Positions 38,046 through 47,623 of a stretch of DNA of 64,000 nt are shown here, in pieces (the first letter of the stretch is position 1; every line of letters starts with the position of its first letter). Origin of the DNA: a virus (taxonomy: Duplodnaviria > Caudoviricetes). Under the pieces are notes generated by a model. It made no database searches. It worked only from the letters and a program-made list of their open reading frames with translations, and was not told the origin of the DNA. The translations under genes were made by a program, and so were the position numbers. The stretch lies in IMG/VR virus record IMGVR_UViG_3300031992_000084, positions 6,115-70,114 of that record; one strand, given 5' to 3'.

Positions 38046-38312
38046 TTACTTTTTTAGAAGGTTATTGAAAAACTCTACGATTCTATTGAATGCTACCTCA
38101 TTGTGGCCGGGTTGCCACTCTCCCCCGGAATATAACTGCTCGGAGAGGTAGTCTTCGCTTCCCGTCTTCTCTGTCCACCCCTCTTTCGTTACAGACACGC
38201 AAAGCCAAGGTTCGCCATCGACAAAACGGGTAGAAATAGACAAGTTGACATCCGTCTTGAGGGTGTCGCGCTGCAGCTTCTGCAGCTTCTGAAGGTAATT
38301 ATAAATTGTCAT
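38046..38312 (-). CDS. Hypothetical protein
   Basis: Packed ORF. Confidence 0.65.
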   Translation of the reverse strand: MTIYNYLQKLQKLQRDTLKTDVNLSISTRFVDGEPWLCVSVTKEGWTEKTGSEDYLSEQLYSGGEWQPGHNEVAFNRIVEFFNNLLKK

Positions 38313-38316
38313 AATC

Positions 38317-38553
38317 TTAAAAGTTTTGTTCTACATAATCAAGCATAGACTGCAGCGATGCAATCTTCTCGCGGATGACCTCCGGAGAATCATAAATCCG
38401 CCAGCCGCGAACGATCCCGTTACGGATGGACGCGACCTGAATTGACTGAAACGCGGCACCGAGACTGCGGGCCGCTTCATTGATGCTCTTGAACACCCTC
38501 TTCTCGCCGGTGCTCTCATTAAGAGCGATGATCCCTTTTGCTTTGTTTATCAT
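38317..38553 (-). CDS. Free-standing NUMOD1-like DNA-binding protein
   Basis: TGEKRVFKSINEAARSLG. Confidence 0.6.
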   Translation of the reverse strand: MINKAKGIIALNESTGEKRVFKSINEAARSLGAAFQSIQVASIRNGIVRGWRIYDSPEVIREKIASLQSMLDYVEQNF

Positions 38554-38691
38554 CTTTACTAATAATTAAGTTAATGTATTCCACCCACTGGGCGACTGTG
38601 TCAAAACGGATGCTCTCTCCATCAATGATGGAAGAGTATCCAGAGGTACGCCCGTACAGGATGTACCCCTCATACTTCAACAATGCTCCCG

Positions 38692-38919
38692 TCATACCCA
38701 CTCAGACAAATAATCAATGGCATCTCCGATGGCGGAGACGGCATCCTCAAGAGAGGATATGGCCTCCTCTGACTCTTGATACCTCTCTGTGTCCTGCAGG
38801 CTCTCCGGCGTGTTCTCGTACGCCTCCTGCTCTTCGTCCAGAATGCACTGGACATCATCCTGCAACTCGGCCAGCCTATCGGCGACCTCGCTGATCTCTT
38901 TTCTTCTTCTCTTGTTCAT
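38692..38919 (-). CDS. Small acidic helical protein
   Basis: MNKRRRKEI...DEEQEAYENTPESLQDTERYQESEEA. Confidence 0.7.
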   Translation of the reverse strand: MNKRRRKEISEVADRLAELQDDVQCILDEEQEAYENTPESLQDTERYQESEEAISSLEDAVSAIGDAIDYLSEWV

Positions 38920-39108
38920 AATTTGAATACTATCAAAATTCGTGCCGCGAGTTATCAGATTACTTTTCCGGTTATAATGTCAGTCCACTGTTTCGCCGTG
39001 CATACGCAGTACATCTCTTTTGATGTTAGATAGTGTACCTCAAGTACGAGATACCAAGAGGCATACTTGTTTGCCTCCTCCCTAGTCGCGTACCATTTGA
39101 CCTTCATA

Positions 39109-39825
39109 TCAGTGTGCTTCAAATAAGATTGTTTCACCATTCTTCGCTCCCCAGCATCCTCCGCCTACCTCCGCGCAAGCGCTGCAGTCGCCGCCGCAGA
39201 GAATCTGCTTGTCCGTGCAGTGCGGCCCTTTCGTCCCGCCCGCCCAGATCGGACTGCTCACGGGCAAGTTGTGCGGATTCTCAAACTCTGCGCCTCTCCA
39301 ATCGGAAAAGATTACATGGAGGTTCTTCGGCAGAGGTCCGACATTGTCAATCCAATCATTGACTACCAGGTACATCTTCGTGAACACGAGGAACTCGCAC
39401 GTCGGCACAAGCTCGGCAGTCCGAACCATATTACGGAAATAGAGGTGGTCCTTAATGTCCCCTCCCACATGAAACCGGAAATACCGCAGCGACTTGACGC
39501 GCTGCCTGATCTCCGACCAATACTTCTCCGGATCGGCCTTCAGAATCGCGCTGTTGTTGGCCCTCGCCTTCTGAACGGTCTTCTGAAAACATACGTTCCG
39601 CACATCGTAGCAACCCCTGGAACACACCGCGCAGTTACCGCAGTCTGCAACCGGAATTAGGCTCACACTTGGAACAAGCGCACCAGTCTTCCGGTTGTCG
39701 TAACTAAACTTAACATGGGCATTTTCCACATCAACATCATCCCTGAACGCGAGCATCTGCTGTACACGCCTGCGGACTGCGTCCGCGCCGAACTCCTTAT
39801 AGGAGTGCTTAAATTGTGTCGCCAT
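39109..39825 (-). CDS. GP88-like (radical-SAM-related) protein
   Basis: Cx2Cx3-4C motif (DCGNCAVCSRGCY), FRFHVGGDI, FLVFTK, CGGDCSAC..CW. Confidence 0.65.
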   Translation of the reverse strand: MATQFKHSYKEFGADAVRRRVQQMLAFRDDVDVENAHVKFSYDNRKTGALVPSVSLIPVADCGNCAVCSRGCYDVRNVCFQKTVQKARANNSAILKADPEKYWSEIRQRVKSLRYFRFHVGGDIKDHLYFRNMVRTAELVPTCEFLVFTKMYLVVNDWIDNVGPLPKNLHVIFSDWRGAEFENPHNLPVSSPIWAGGTKGPHCTDKQILCGGDCSACAEVGGGCWGAKNGETILFEAH

Positions 39826-39831
39826 AATCAA

Positions 39832-40190
39832 TTAATCTGTTATATTTTCGACATCGATATTTTCAAACCCCGTGTCCTTATCATCGTAGATCCCTTCGTT
39901 GTACTTGTCATCTGCAAGTTCAAATGCTTCCTCCTCATTGTCGGCCTCAACGGTTATGTCTGTCCAGCCGTGAGTGTGAAATCTAAAAGTGTACTTCGCC
40001 ATAGTTATTCCTCCTCAATAAGTTCAACATCCGGGGCCCCGTCCTCCTGAACATTGTTCAGGAACTGCCCGTCATACTCACTTTTGCCGGCCTCAACATA
40101 CGCCGCCTCAACGGCGTCTATTTCGTCCTTTGCGTCTACCTCTACCGTCACGCATGTGTGGTAGTAAAGCGTCACCTCATACTTTGCCAT
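39832..40190 (-). CDS. Tandem pair of small acidic paralogs (39832..40002 and 40005..40190)
   Basis: MAKYTFRF...TVEADNEEEA and MAKYEVTL...TVEVDAKDEIDA; DpnD/PcfM-like pattern. Confidence 0.6.
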
Positions 40191-40192
40191 AA

Positions 40193-40477
40193 CTATTCCT
40201 CCCATGATTCTATGTCCGTTTCCTCCGTGATTGGAACCGGCTTGTTTGTAATAAATGTTCCGAAGAAGTTAACCATCGGATACCCAGTAGATATGCTCGC
40301 CGGAACACACCAATCATCATCGGGGTGTCGCAGGCCGTATGCGCGCAACCCCTTCCGGTAAATCTCGGTTATGCGGATATCCTCGTAAAGGATGCCCTTA
40401 TACTTCTTCCCATCGACCACGATTGCATAGTCTCTCCCGTAGCGGAGCCTCTCCGCGTTGAATAAACTTATTGTCAT
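40193..40477 (-). CDS. LPD28-like domain protein
   Basis: YGLRHPDDDWCVPASI...VNFFGTFITNKPV. Confidence 0.6.
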   Translation of the reverse strand: MTISLFNAERLRYGRDYAIVVDGKKYKGILYEDIRITEIYRKGLRAYGLRHPDDDWCVPASISTGYPMVNFFGTFITNKPVPITEETDIESWEE

Positions 40478-40500
40478 ACGCCCTTATGTTAAAAAGTTAA

Positions 40501-40887
40501 CTAGTCGATAAAATCATTAAACTCCGTAACCTCCGTTCCGCCATCAATAAACGGGACTTTGTACACACGATATCCCGGGTATCCGTCAAAACGGTTCCCG
40601 ATATAGAAGATGTGGTATCCGGCCTCCCTGAGCGCGGCAAATGCGGCCTTCATCTCGCATCCGCGCACTCTCTCGTACTCCTTTTCTCCGGCCGGATCAT
40701 CATTGAATCCGATCCCCTTTCCATCCCTCATAAGAACGAGGGTGGTGCGCTTGCGATACAGACTGGTAGTCTTGGGGTGAAATGTGGAAAAGGCCGTTCC
40801 CTTGAGAAACGCATCGCAAATGGCCTGCACTACATGCTCACGAATTTCCGTGGGCTGGGTGTAATCGTTTTTCTGAATTGTTACCAT
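40501..40887 (-). CDS. Hypothetical protein
   Basis: 128-aa ORF. Confidence 0.65.
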   Translation of the reverse strand: MVTIQKNDYTQPTEIREHVVQAICDAFLKGTAFSTFHPKTTSLYRKRTTLVLMRDGKGIGFNDDPAGEKEYERVRGCEMKAAFAALREAGYHIFYIGNRFDGYPGYRVYKVPFIDGGTEVTEFNDFID

Positions 40888-40889
40888 AA

Positions 40890-41102
40890 TTATTTATAAA
40901 AAATTTGTGCCATGTTATCGACCCAGCCATCGACCGGGTCATAAGATTCGTAATATACCTCAATCACATTGAGTTCAAGTGATGTCCCATTCGGAAACCC
41001 GAACGAGGTTTTCCTCGGCTTTTCTATAAACGCATTCTTGTTTTTGCGCTTAATCTCCAGCGCCTTCTTGAACGCATCGTCGTAACTCGCTAATATCCTC
41101 AT
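40890..41102 (-). CDS. Hypothetical protein
   Basis: Coupled ORF. Confidence 0.6.
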   Translation of the reverse strand: MRILASYDDAFKKALEIKRKNKNAFIEKPRKTSFGFPNGTSLELNVIEVYYESYDPVDGWVDNMAQIFYK

Positions 41103-41515
41103 GAGTACAGATACTTAAGTGGTCCTCCGTCCTCCGCCGTAATCTCGAACACGTTGCACCCGTCATGGTGGTACGCACTTACAACAATCACCCCGTTGTC
41201 CCACTCCACATCCAAGTCTTCGCATCCGCTATAGCAATCCTTGATTGCGTCATAAACAGACTCTTTCCTCGTGGGAACAATCTCGTGCCTTCCGTCCCAT
41301 AGACCAAGCGTCCCTCGGACAATTACCGGCTCATCATAGAATTCCTCAATGTTCGCCATGTCTTCGCTGAACGAGACTTCCGCTTCTTCATGACACCATT
41401 CATAGAACACGGACGAACCATCCTCCGCAGGAGTCATCCGGTTACCTTCGCAATACTCCAAATAATCATCATAGGAGTACCCGTCAATACTTGTTGTCGC
41501 AATAGTGTGTTTCAT
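41099..41515 (-). CDS. Acidic hypothetical protein
   Basis: D/E/Y-rich; GTLGLWDG motif. Confidence 0.7.
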   Translation of the reverse strand: MKHTIATTSIDGYSYDDYLEYCEGNRMTPAEDGSSVFYEWCHEEAEVSFSEDMANIEEFYDEPVIVRGTLGLWDGRHEIVPTRKESVYDAIKDCYSGCEDLDVEWDNGVIVVSAYHHDGCNVFEITAEDGGPLKYLYS

Positions 41516-41766
41516 ACCTCGTAAATTATTTCATATTCTTCTACCCCGTAGTGCCCTGCCCCAATCTTTATCGCCTCGTCCCTGCTCTTGCACGGATAGT
41601 CACACCCGTCCACATGCAGGTTCCATTCATCGGGCCACCACGCTCCCGGCTCATCTACCGAAAAGTAATGGTCCTCTTCTATCTTTCCCCGATATACTCG
41701 CAGGATATTGACAGGGTGACAGCCTTTCCTGCACCCCTCGTCGCTCTTGTAAACCAGTGTTCTCAT
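41512..41766 (-). CDS. Hypothetical protein
   Basis: Coupled ORF. Confidence 0.6.
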   Translation of the reverse strand: MRTLVYKSDEGCRKGCHPVNILRVYRGKIEEDHYFSVDEPGAWWPDEWNLHVDGCDYPCKSRDEAIKIGAGHYGVEEYEIIYEV

Positions 41767-42787
41767 ACTATTTCAACCGCTATACCCTTGATGTTCTCCT
41801 TGATATACTCTCTCGCCTCATGCTCGCTCGCGAACGTCCTATGCTCTCTCGTACACGGCCCAAAAGTCGGACCGTAACTCAACTCGGGCAACACAAGGCA
41901 CATGCCCCGCTCGCCCAACAACTGAATCTTTTTCATACCTCAACCCTCCTCATTCTAACTCCGACAAGTCCGTACTTCTGCCGATACCTACGCTCGGCTT
42001 CTTTCTTTGAGTAGCCGAAATACCGCTTTGTACCATCGACCTCGCTGGACCGAATCGCAATAAACGACCCGGCCCAACCCTCGAACTCAACGCTAATCCA
42101 TTTCATAACCCCATCCATTTAAGCGTTTCTCGGGAGAAGATCCACTCATCCCACATCCCGACAAAGCGGACCCAGTACACATTCTTGTACTTGGCAAGAA
42201 GACGCTTGGCAAGGAACTCCAGGCGAACTCCCTCAACATTCAGGCTGATCGTGTCGTCCAAATCCGCATCTACATCGTGCACGACCGCACGCTTGTAGTG
42301 CTTCTTGATAAGCTGTCTGATTTCTTCTTCCATTTCAAAAGTCCTCCTCAACAAACTCAACACCGGAAAACTCGCGGAAGATCTCCTCGTCCGATACAAG
42401 TTCGTCCGCCGCCGCCAACTCGCCCCAACTAGGCCAGTGGTCCGCCATAATGTACCGGCACTTCAGGCTGATAAGCTGGTCCCGGCTCAGTTCGGTTACT
42501 TTCATTGCTGTAAACTTTTAATTCGTTTCTCAATACTGCCTCCTGAATGGCCCATCGCATCATTCCGCCCATAACACAATCTCCTCTGCTGCATCTTCCC
42601 AGTCCACCTCGTCATAGCAGACTTCGTTATCATCGCACCACTCCTCGACGCAGTTCTCTATCTCGTTTCTGAACCAATTCGGAATAGTCATCCTGTTGCC
42701 TATGCAAGTCAATGCCAACTGACACTTTGCGTCCCAGTCCTCAATGTTCGCTGCACAATAGGCAACTACCTCTTTCAAACTATTCAT
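41763..42787 (-). CDS. Five coupled small ORFs (41763..41936, 41933..42106, 42103..42333, 42335..42505, 42560..42787)
   Basis: Manual translation; most are joined by ATGA or near overlaps; several are acidic. Confidence 0.55.
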
Positions 42788-43031
42788 CTTCGTCCTCCTC
42801 CTTCCTGTACTTGTCCCAGTCATCGTAACCCAGGTGCTGAGCAATGAAATCCCGCTCGAACCACAGAAGGTCATTTATCTGCGTGTCGGTCGGCAACTCG
42901 TCCACAAAGCACTCCTCAATCAAACTCTCCACCTCGTCCACATCACCCTTCTCTTTCAGTGTGTCCAGCGTATTCTTGCCGCCAGACCATGCCCGGAAAT
43001 CCCACAGGCTTGATCCTACTTTGTATGTCAT
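42780..43031 (-). CDS. Small acidic conserved phage protein
   Basis: FRAWSGGKNTL...TDTQINDLLWFERD. Confidence 0.7.
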   Translation of the reverse strand: MTYKVGSSLWDFRAWSGGKNTLDTLKEKGDVDEVESLIEECFVDELPTDTQINDLLWFERDFIAQHLGYDDWDKYRKEEDEDE

Positions 43032-43042
43032 AATTCAATCGT

Positions 43043-43456
43043 TTAGAACAGTCTATAAGTATCGTTTTCGTTTACCTTCTCGGTGATCTGCTCGATAAGG
43101 TCGCCCGTCAGTTCGACCATCTCGTTATAATCCACGCCCTCGATCCGGTCGAACGCCTGGTCGATCAGACTCCGGACACCCTCGATGACCATGCACACCA
43201 TGTACGCCTCCGGGTTCTCAAAAGGATTCCGAGCCGTTCCGAAGTTGTCCTTCTCATAGTCGTAGTAGTCATCCGCATCGTCCCACCACTCGCGGATGTA
43301 GTTCTTCGCCTCCTCTCGGCTGTAAGTCAGAGTTCCGTCGTAGTTCGGGCATTCAGTCAATGTGAAACCCAGGTCGCACGGGTAAACCATCTGACCACGA
43401 TAGTCGTCAATGTGGTCGTAAATGTACTGCTTGCAGTAGGTAATAAATGATTTCAT
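43043..43456 (-). CDS. Acidic hypothetical protein
   Basis: WWDDADDYYDYEKDNFG; D/E/Y-rich. Confidence 0.7.
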   Translation of the reverse strand: MKSFITYCKQYIYDHIDDYRGQMVYPCDLGFTLTECPNYDGTLTYSREEAKNYIREWWDDADDYYDYEKDNFGTARNPFENPEAYMVCMVIEGVRSLIDQAFDRIEGVDYNEMVELTGDLIEQITEKVNENDTYRLF

Positions 43457-43512
43457 AACTTATTCTCCTTTTACTTGGTTATACAATTCCTCCGGGACGA
43501 AAACCATCCCGC

Positions 43513-43770
43513 TCAGTCCTCCAATTTCCAAAGATACACCCGTCCTGCCTCCTCGGTCTCAATCACGACATCCGCACAGGGCAGATCCACCATACCGAGG
43601 AACTGGTCCTCGTAAAGATAGAACCACTCGCCAGGGGTCATCTCGCCGATGTGAGTCTTCGCGTCAAAGTAGTCGCGGAGACTAATGTCACCAAACCATG
43701 CGATGACGCCACCGGCGTCACAAATAGAGGGGTCTCTAAATACCGCCTCCAAGATTTTTCTCGTTTTCAT
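43513..43770 (-). CDS. Hypothetical protein
   Basis: 85-aa ORF. Confidence 0.6.
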   Translation of the reverse strand: MKTRKILEAVFRDPSICDAGGVIAWFGDISLRDYFDAKTHIGEMTPGEWFYLYEDQFLGMVDLPCADVVIETEEAGRVYLWKLED

Positions 43771-43859
43771 TATCCGTTCCTCCTTTCAATAAGCCGGACC
43801 GTCCCTGCGATAAGCAGGAACAGCCCGACAAAAATAACGATTGTGATCACCGCTTCCAT

Positions 43860-44697
43860 TTACTTTCCTCCATATTTTTTAGTTTCTTCTTTGATCATTT
43901 CGACGAATTGCTCCGCAAGAAATGAATCATCCTGCAGCTCGGCCAGCCTCCATATCGCATCGGCGAGATATGTTGTAACGACTCCGAACGCGAATGCGGA
44001 TGCGTACTCGTCGCTGTAGCGCTCACGGGCCCATTTTAAGACAGCCTCGACAAATTCGTCGACGGTCTTGTGCGCCTCAGACATTGTCATCGCTCATGTC
44101 CTCCACCGCTTTTTCTCCCGCCTCTTCCAACTCCTCCCGACTCACTTCAATCACTACGCCCTTGCGCAGTAGTTCCACGGCGGCATAGTCCAATACCGCC
44201 AACTCGGCCGCGATCAGGCCGAGAAGGCCGACCGCGATTTTCTTGCCTCTTTCCATTTTTTAATACTTTATTTCGTTAAACATATCTTGCGGAACTTCGT
44301 CCATCGGCGTAATTCCATACTTTTTGCAAAGCCAGTTCAGACGGATTCGGGCATAACTCGGCCCAAGATCCTCGGAAAGGTACTCCCGTACCTGAATCAT
44401 CGTCGCGCTCATTGCTTATCGTTTCTCGTTAAACTTGTCCCACAATTCGTCAGGGATCGTCGCGTCGCTCGTTACCACCTTTCCGCAGTAACGCACAGAG
44501 ATCACCGTAATACGTCCGTCCTTCGCGGTCATGGTCTGGACCAGGCGCATCGTCCGGTCCGAACTCGCGCAGTACACAATCGCGGCCGGATAGCGCTTGC
44601 TCTCTTCCTTTGCGACGCTCATCGCGGTCCGCATCTGCCCGTAGCCGTTGTCCACATAAGACACACCGCCACGCAATACGATAACAGATATTTTCAT
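43860..44697 (-). CDS. Four small ORFs (43860..44090, 44077..44256, 44260..44412, 44416..44697)
   Basis: Tightly packed with A-rich starts; two found by manual translation. Confidence 0.5.
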
Positions 44698-44748
44698 TTC
44701 TTCGGCCCTCCTCGGCCGTTGTTTGGTTAGTGACTTTGGACACTCTAC

Positions 44749-45344
44749 CCGTTCGGGACTGCATCTCTATTGTTTGTCCGCTTTTTTTATTCATAGCAAC
44801 GGACTGCAGTTTGTTTCCCGTTCGGATAGGTTGCATTAAAGCAGGGCCACCCGTTTAGGTCGCCCCGCTCCCATCTGCATTTTTTACCCGGCCAGCCACC
44901 CTGCCACACCCGCCCCGTTCGGGGCTTCTCCTGGCCCGGTTGCTTTTTACCGCCGCTCTCTAAGGACCTCTGACAACAACCCCGGCGTATTTTGCCGACC
45001 TCGCCCGCCTCAATTCCTCGGCGGACAGATACGGCAACCCTTGCCCGGATTGTCAAACATTCGCCCGGCTATTTTTCCGGGTTATGTGGGTTCTCCTTTC
45101 GGCGCGCTCCCTTTCATCAAGCGCCCGCCGCGGTTGTTCATGTGCTTGCTTGCCCTTTGCCGTTTGGGTTGTTCACTTCATCCGTTTGGGTTGTTCACCC
45201 GCCCGGACCCAGCGCCGCCCCGCATCGGTTCAGCCGCACCCGGGCACAATCCCGCCCGCGGTCCCTTTGCAAGTTTCTAATTTACGGTCCCCGCTTGCAA
45301 TCTGGACCCGCCCGCCCCGTTTGGGTTGTGGGTGCCCCGTTTGG
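44749..45344. repeat. Dispersed CCGTTYGG repeats (7 exact, 1 variant)
   Basis: At 44749, 44818, 44851 (variant), 44915, 45160, 45182, 45317, 45337; includes the 17-nt direct repeat CCGTTTGGGTTGTTCAC x2. Confidence 0.8.
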
Positions 45345-45391
45345 ATTCTCCGCCCGGCTTACGCACGCCCCGCGCAAATTGGACTATTTAG

Positions 45392-45445
45392 GACCCGCCC
45401 CGGGAATCGGACCCGGGACCCGTTACCGGGCGCCCAGCGCGGGTC
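45392..45445 (-). ncRNA. tRNA-like mini element (acceptor stem plus T-arm)
   Basis: GACCCGC/GCGGGTC 7-bp stem, CCCG-GTAA-CGGG hairpin, CCCGGG-TCCGATT-CCCGGG T-arm. Confidence 0.55.
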
Positions 45446-45456
45446 TATTATGGGAC

Positions 45457-45870
45457 CTATTCAACCGGATCCCCGGCCGCATGGACCTCGACCACGGGCG
45501 CGCCTACGTTGCGCGTGAAGTTGTTTAAAGAATCGCGCACGATGCCACGGGCGGCGGCGGCGGTCAATTTCTTGACGGCCCAAACTTTGCGCCCGTCCTC
45601 ATCGGTCGCGCGGCGCATAAGGTCGCCCGCGGCGCTTTGGTACGGGTAGCAATTCGCAACGACTTGCAACGCCGTGCGGTACTTGCCCTTTGCGGCGTTG
45701 CCCACGTTGCGAGCGCGGCGGTCCGTATCTTTGAGGACTTTCGTAAATTCCGCATCGATGGAGGCCTCGAAGTTAGCAAGGGCGGCGGCGGTCGCTTTGC
45801 GCGTTGCGGCAATTTCCCGAATCTTTGCGCGGCCCTCGAGATTGGAAGTAAACAAATTTACGTTTTTCAT
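45457..45870 (-). CDS. First gene of the leftward early transcript, basic Ala/Arg-rich protein
   Basis: 137 aa downstream of the promoter at 45972. Confidence 0.65.
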   Translation of the reverse strand: MKNVNLFTSNLEGRAKIREIAATRKATAAALANFEASIDAEFTKVLKDTDRRARNVGNAAKGKYRTALQVVANCYPYQSAAGDLMRRATDEDGRKVWAVKKLTAAAARGIVRDSLNNFTRNVGAPVVEVHAAGDPVE

Positions 45871-45971
45871 ATTTCCCCGGGCCGTCCGTACGAGCGCCGC
45901 CCCGGTGCTGCATTAAGTTAATAAAAATTCAAGGAACTTTAGCGGCCGGGCCTTTTCCCCTTTCGCTACTG

Positions 45972-46003
45972 CAAAGGTACGGCGAAATTAAATAGTAGTC
46001 AAG
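45972..46003 (-). promoter_or_regulatory. Leftward early promoter
   Basis: Minus strand CTTG (46003-46000), 20 nt, TACCTTTG (45979-45972). Confidence 0.7.
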
Positions 46004-46039
46004 ACCCCGCACAACATATCCAGGGGCACATTTTTATGC

Positions 46040-46865
46040 CTAAATGCTTGATTTTCAGCAAGTTACAAACGCAAAAATATTTTTGATGAGACATGCAAAT
46101 AATTTTTTTTATAAATGCAACCCTTTGAAAATAAGCAACTTACATAATTGAAGCACACCGGAAACGGCCACGGCTGCCCGACCCATTAAATTTTCTTATT
46201 ATCTCCGGCTACCTTATTAAAAAATTTTAACAATCTGGCCGGATCCGGGCACCAGCGGAATTATTAAAAATTTTTAGGACCAGGCCGGTATTTATTAAAA
46301 AATTTTTGTAACTATTTATATATCAATGGAAAACGGGCGCGCGCGTATTCAAAAACCGTGCCACATAAAAAATGTTACAAAAATGTTACATTTTGAAAAA
46401 ACTTGCAGCGGCAAAACGACGGTTGCGGCGGTGTAAGTTTTTGAGCGTTAAAGGGGTACGGGAGTATTTCCGGCAGGAGCGCGGAAAGGACGTCGTTACG
46501 GTGCTGAGTGGCTGATTTTTGATACTTGCAGTGGCGAAAGGGTGGAATGTGCCATTTTGCGGCACAATGTAGTCGTATGTAGTAAAAAATCGTAATTGTA
46601 CCTGTTTTCACTTGTAACTACATTGTTTTATTATGTGGTTATCAATTACTTAAGTGGTATAGTGTAGTTGTGTAGTAAGGTAATAATTAAAAGTGTGATG
46701 TAATTTATGTAAAATATGGCATATTATAGGGGTACAATAGGAGCTTCCAGGAAAACAACTACATTTACTACACTGACCTACACTGACGGGTCTTAAGTTG
46801 CTGGTTTTCAGCGAGATGTAGTAGTGTAGTTTGCTACACTGAAACTACACTGAAACTACACTGGG
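46040..46865. other. Probable replication origin / control region
   Basis: AT-rich, gene-free, between divergent promoters; at least a dozen TGTAG/CTACA repeats and three TTATTAAAAA(A)TTTT repeats. Confidence 0.55.
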
Positions 46866-46884
46866 TCGGGAAAATCGCGAAAAA

Positions 46885-46916
46885 TTTGGTTTTTTCGGCG
46901 GGAATGCATATTTTTG
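46885..46916 (+). promoter_or_regulatory. Rightward early promoter
   Basis: TTTG 46885-46888, 20 nt, TATTTTTG 46909-46916. Confidence 0.7.
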
Positions 46917-46935
46917 CAGAAATTTTGGTTTTTGT

Positions 46936-47463
46936 ATGAAAAAAGTGCGTTTTTCGGGCCGATTCGGGCTCTTGCAGAAATACCTGTCCGGCGAGATAGT
47001 CTGGCTTCTTGACGGGGTGCTTCCGAGCGCCGGCCGCGAGTCGTGCCGGATGGTCGGCCGGTATGCGGAGTTCGGATCCGGTGAGCGGTGGCACGCGAGG
47101 TTCGCCGTGGGCGACCAGGTGGCGGTGATGATGAGCTACCGTGACGCGGGACTTTCCGAGGGGCTGTTCGGATCTGAGCCGGGCTGGCTGGACGGGATGA
47201 AGGCGGAGGCCAGGTATATGCCTCACCGGTTCGTGGTGGAGAGCGTCGCTTGCGTGCGTGCGAGCGGGATAGGAGAGGATGTGATGCTCGGGAGTGGCGT
47301 GAAGCGCAACGCGGGCGGGATGTACCTGGTCGGCGGAAGGGTCGGCGGCGTGTTCCGTGACCTGCGGGATGCGTTCGCCGCGAGGTTCGACGCGCAGTTC
47401 CGGGAGGGCGCGTGGTCGTCGGACCCCTGGGTGATGGTGTACGGGATAAAGCCTATAATGTAA
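46936..47463 (+). CDS. Divergent ASCH/PUA-like protein
   Basis: MKKVRFSGRFGL...YMPHRFVV...GAWSSDPWVMVY resembles the MKKIMFN...LMPHRI...NPWVFVY family. Confidence 0.5.
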   Translation: MKKVRFSGRFGLLQKYLSGEIVWLLDGVLPSAGRESCRMVGRYAEFGSGERWHARFAVGDQVAVMMSYRDAGLSEGLFGSEPGWLDGMKAEARYMPHRFVVESVACVRASGIGEDVMLGSGVKRNAGGMYLVGGRVGGVFRDLRDAFAARFDAQFREGAWSSDPWVMVYGIKPIM

Positions 47464-47623
47464 GAGAATATGGAAAAGAGTCAGCTGCATCTGGACCAGA
47501 GGGTCCTTTTCATCCCCGGCGGAGTCGAGGGTGTTGTCGACGGCATCAGCCGTACCGTTGTCGGACTCGTCACTGCGGGCGGGTATGTGCTCGCGGGGTG
47601 GGACGAGATAGAGGTGTTGGGGT

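Noticed and set aside
44749-46865. CRISPR array
   Set aside because: Repeats are 5-17 nt, irregularly spaced, with no constant repeat-spacer period and no cas genes.
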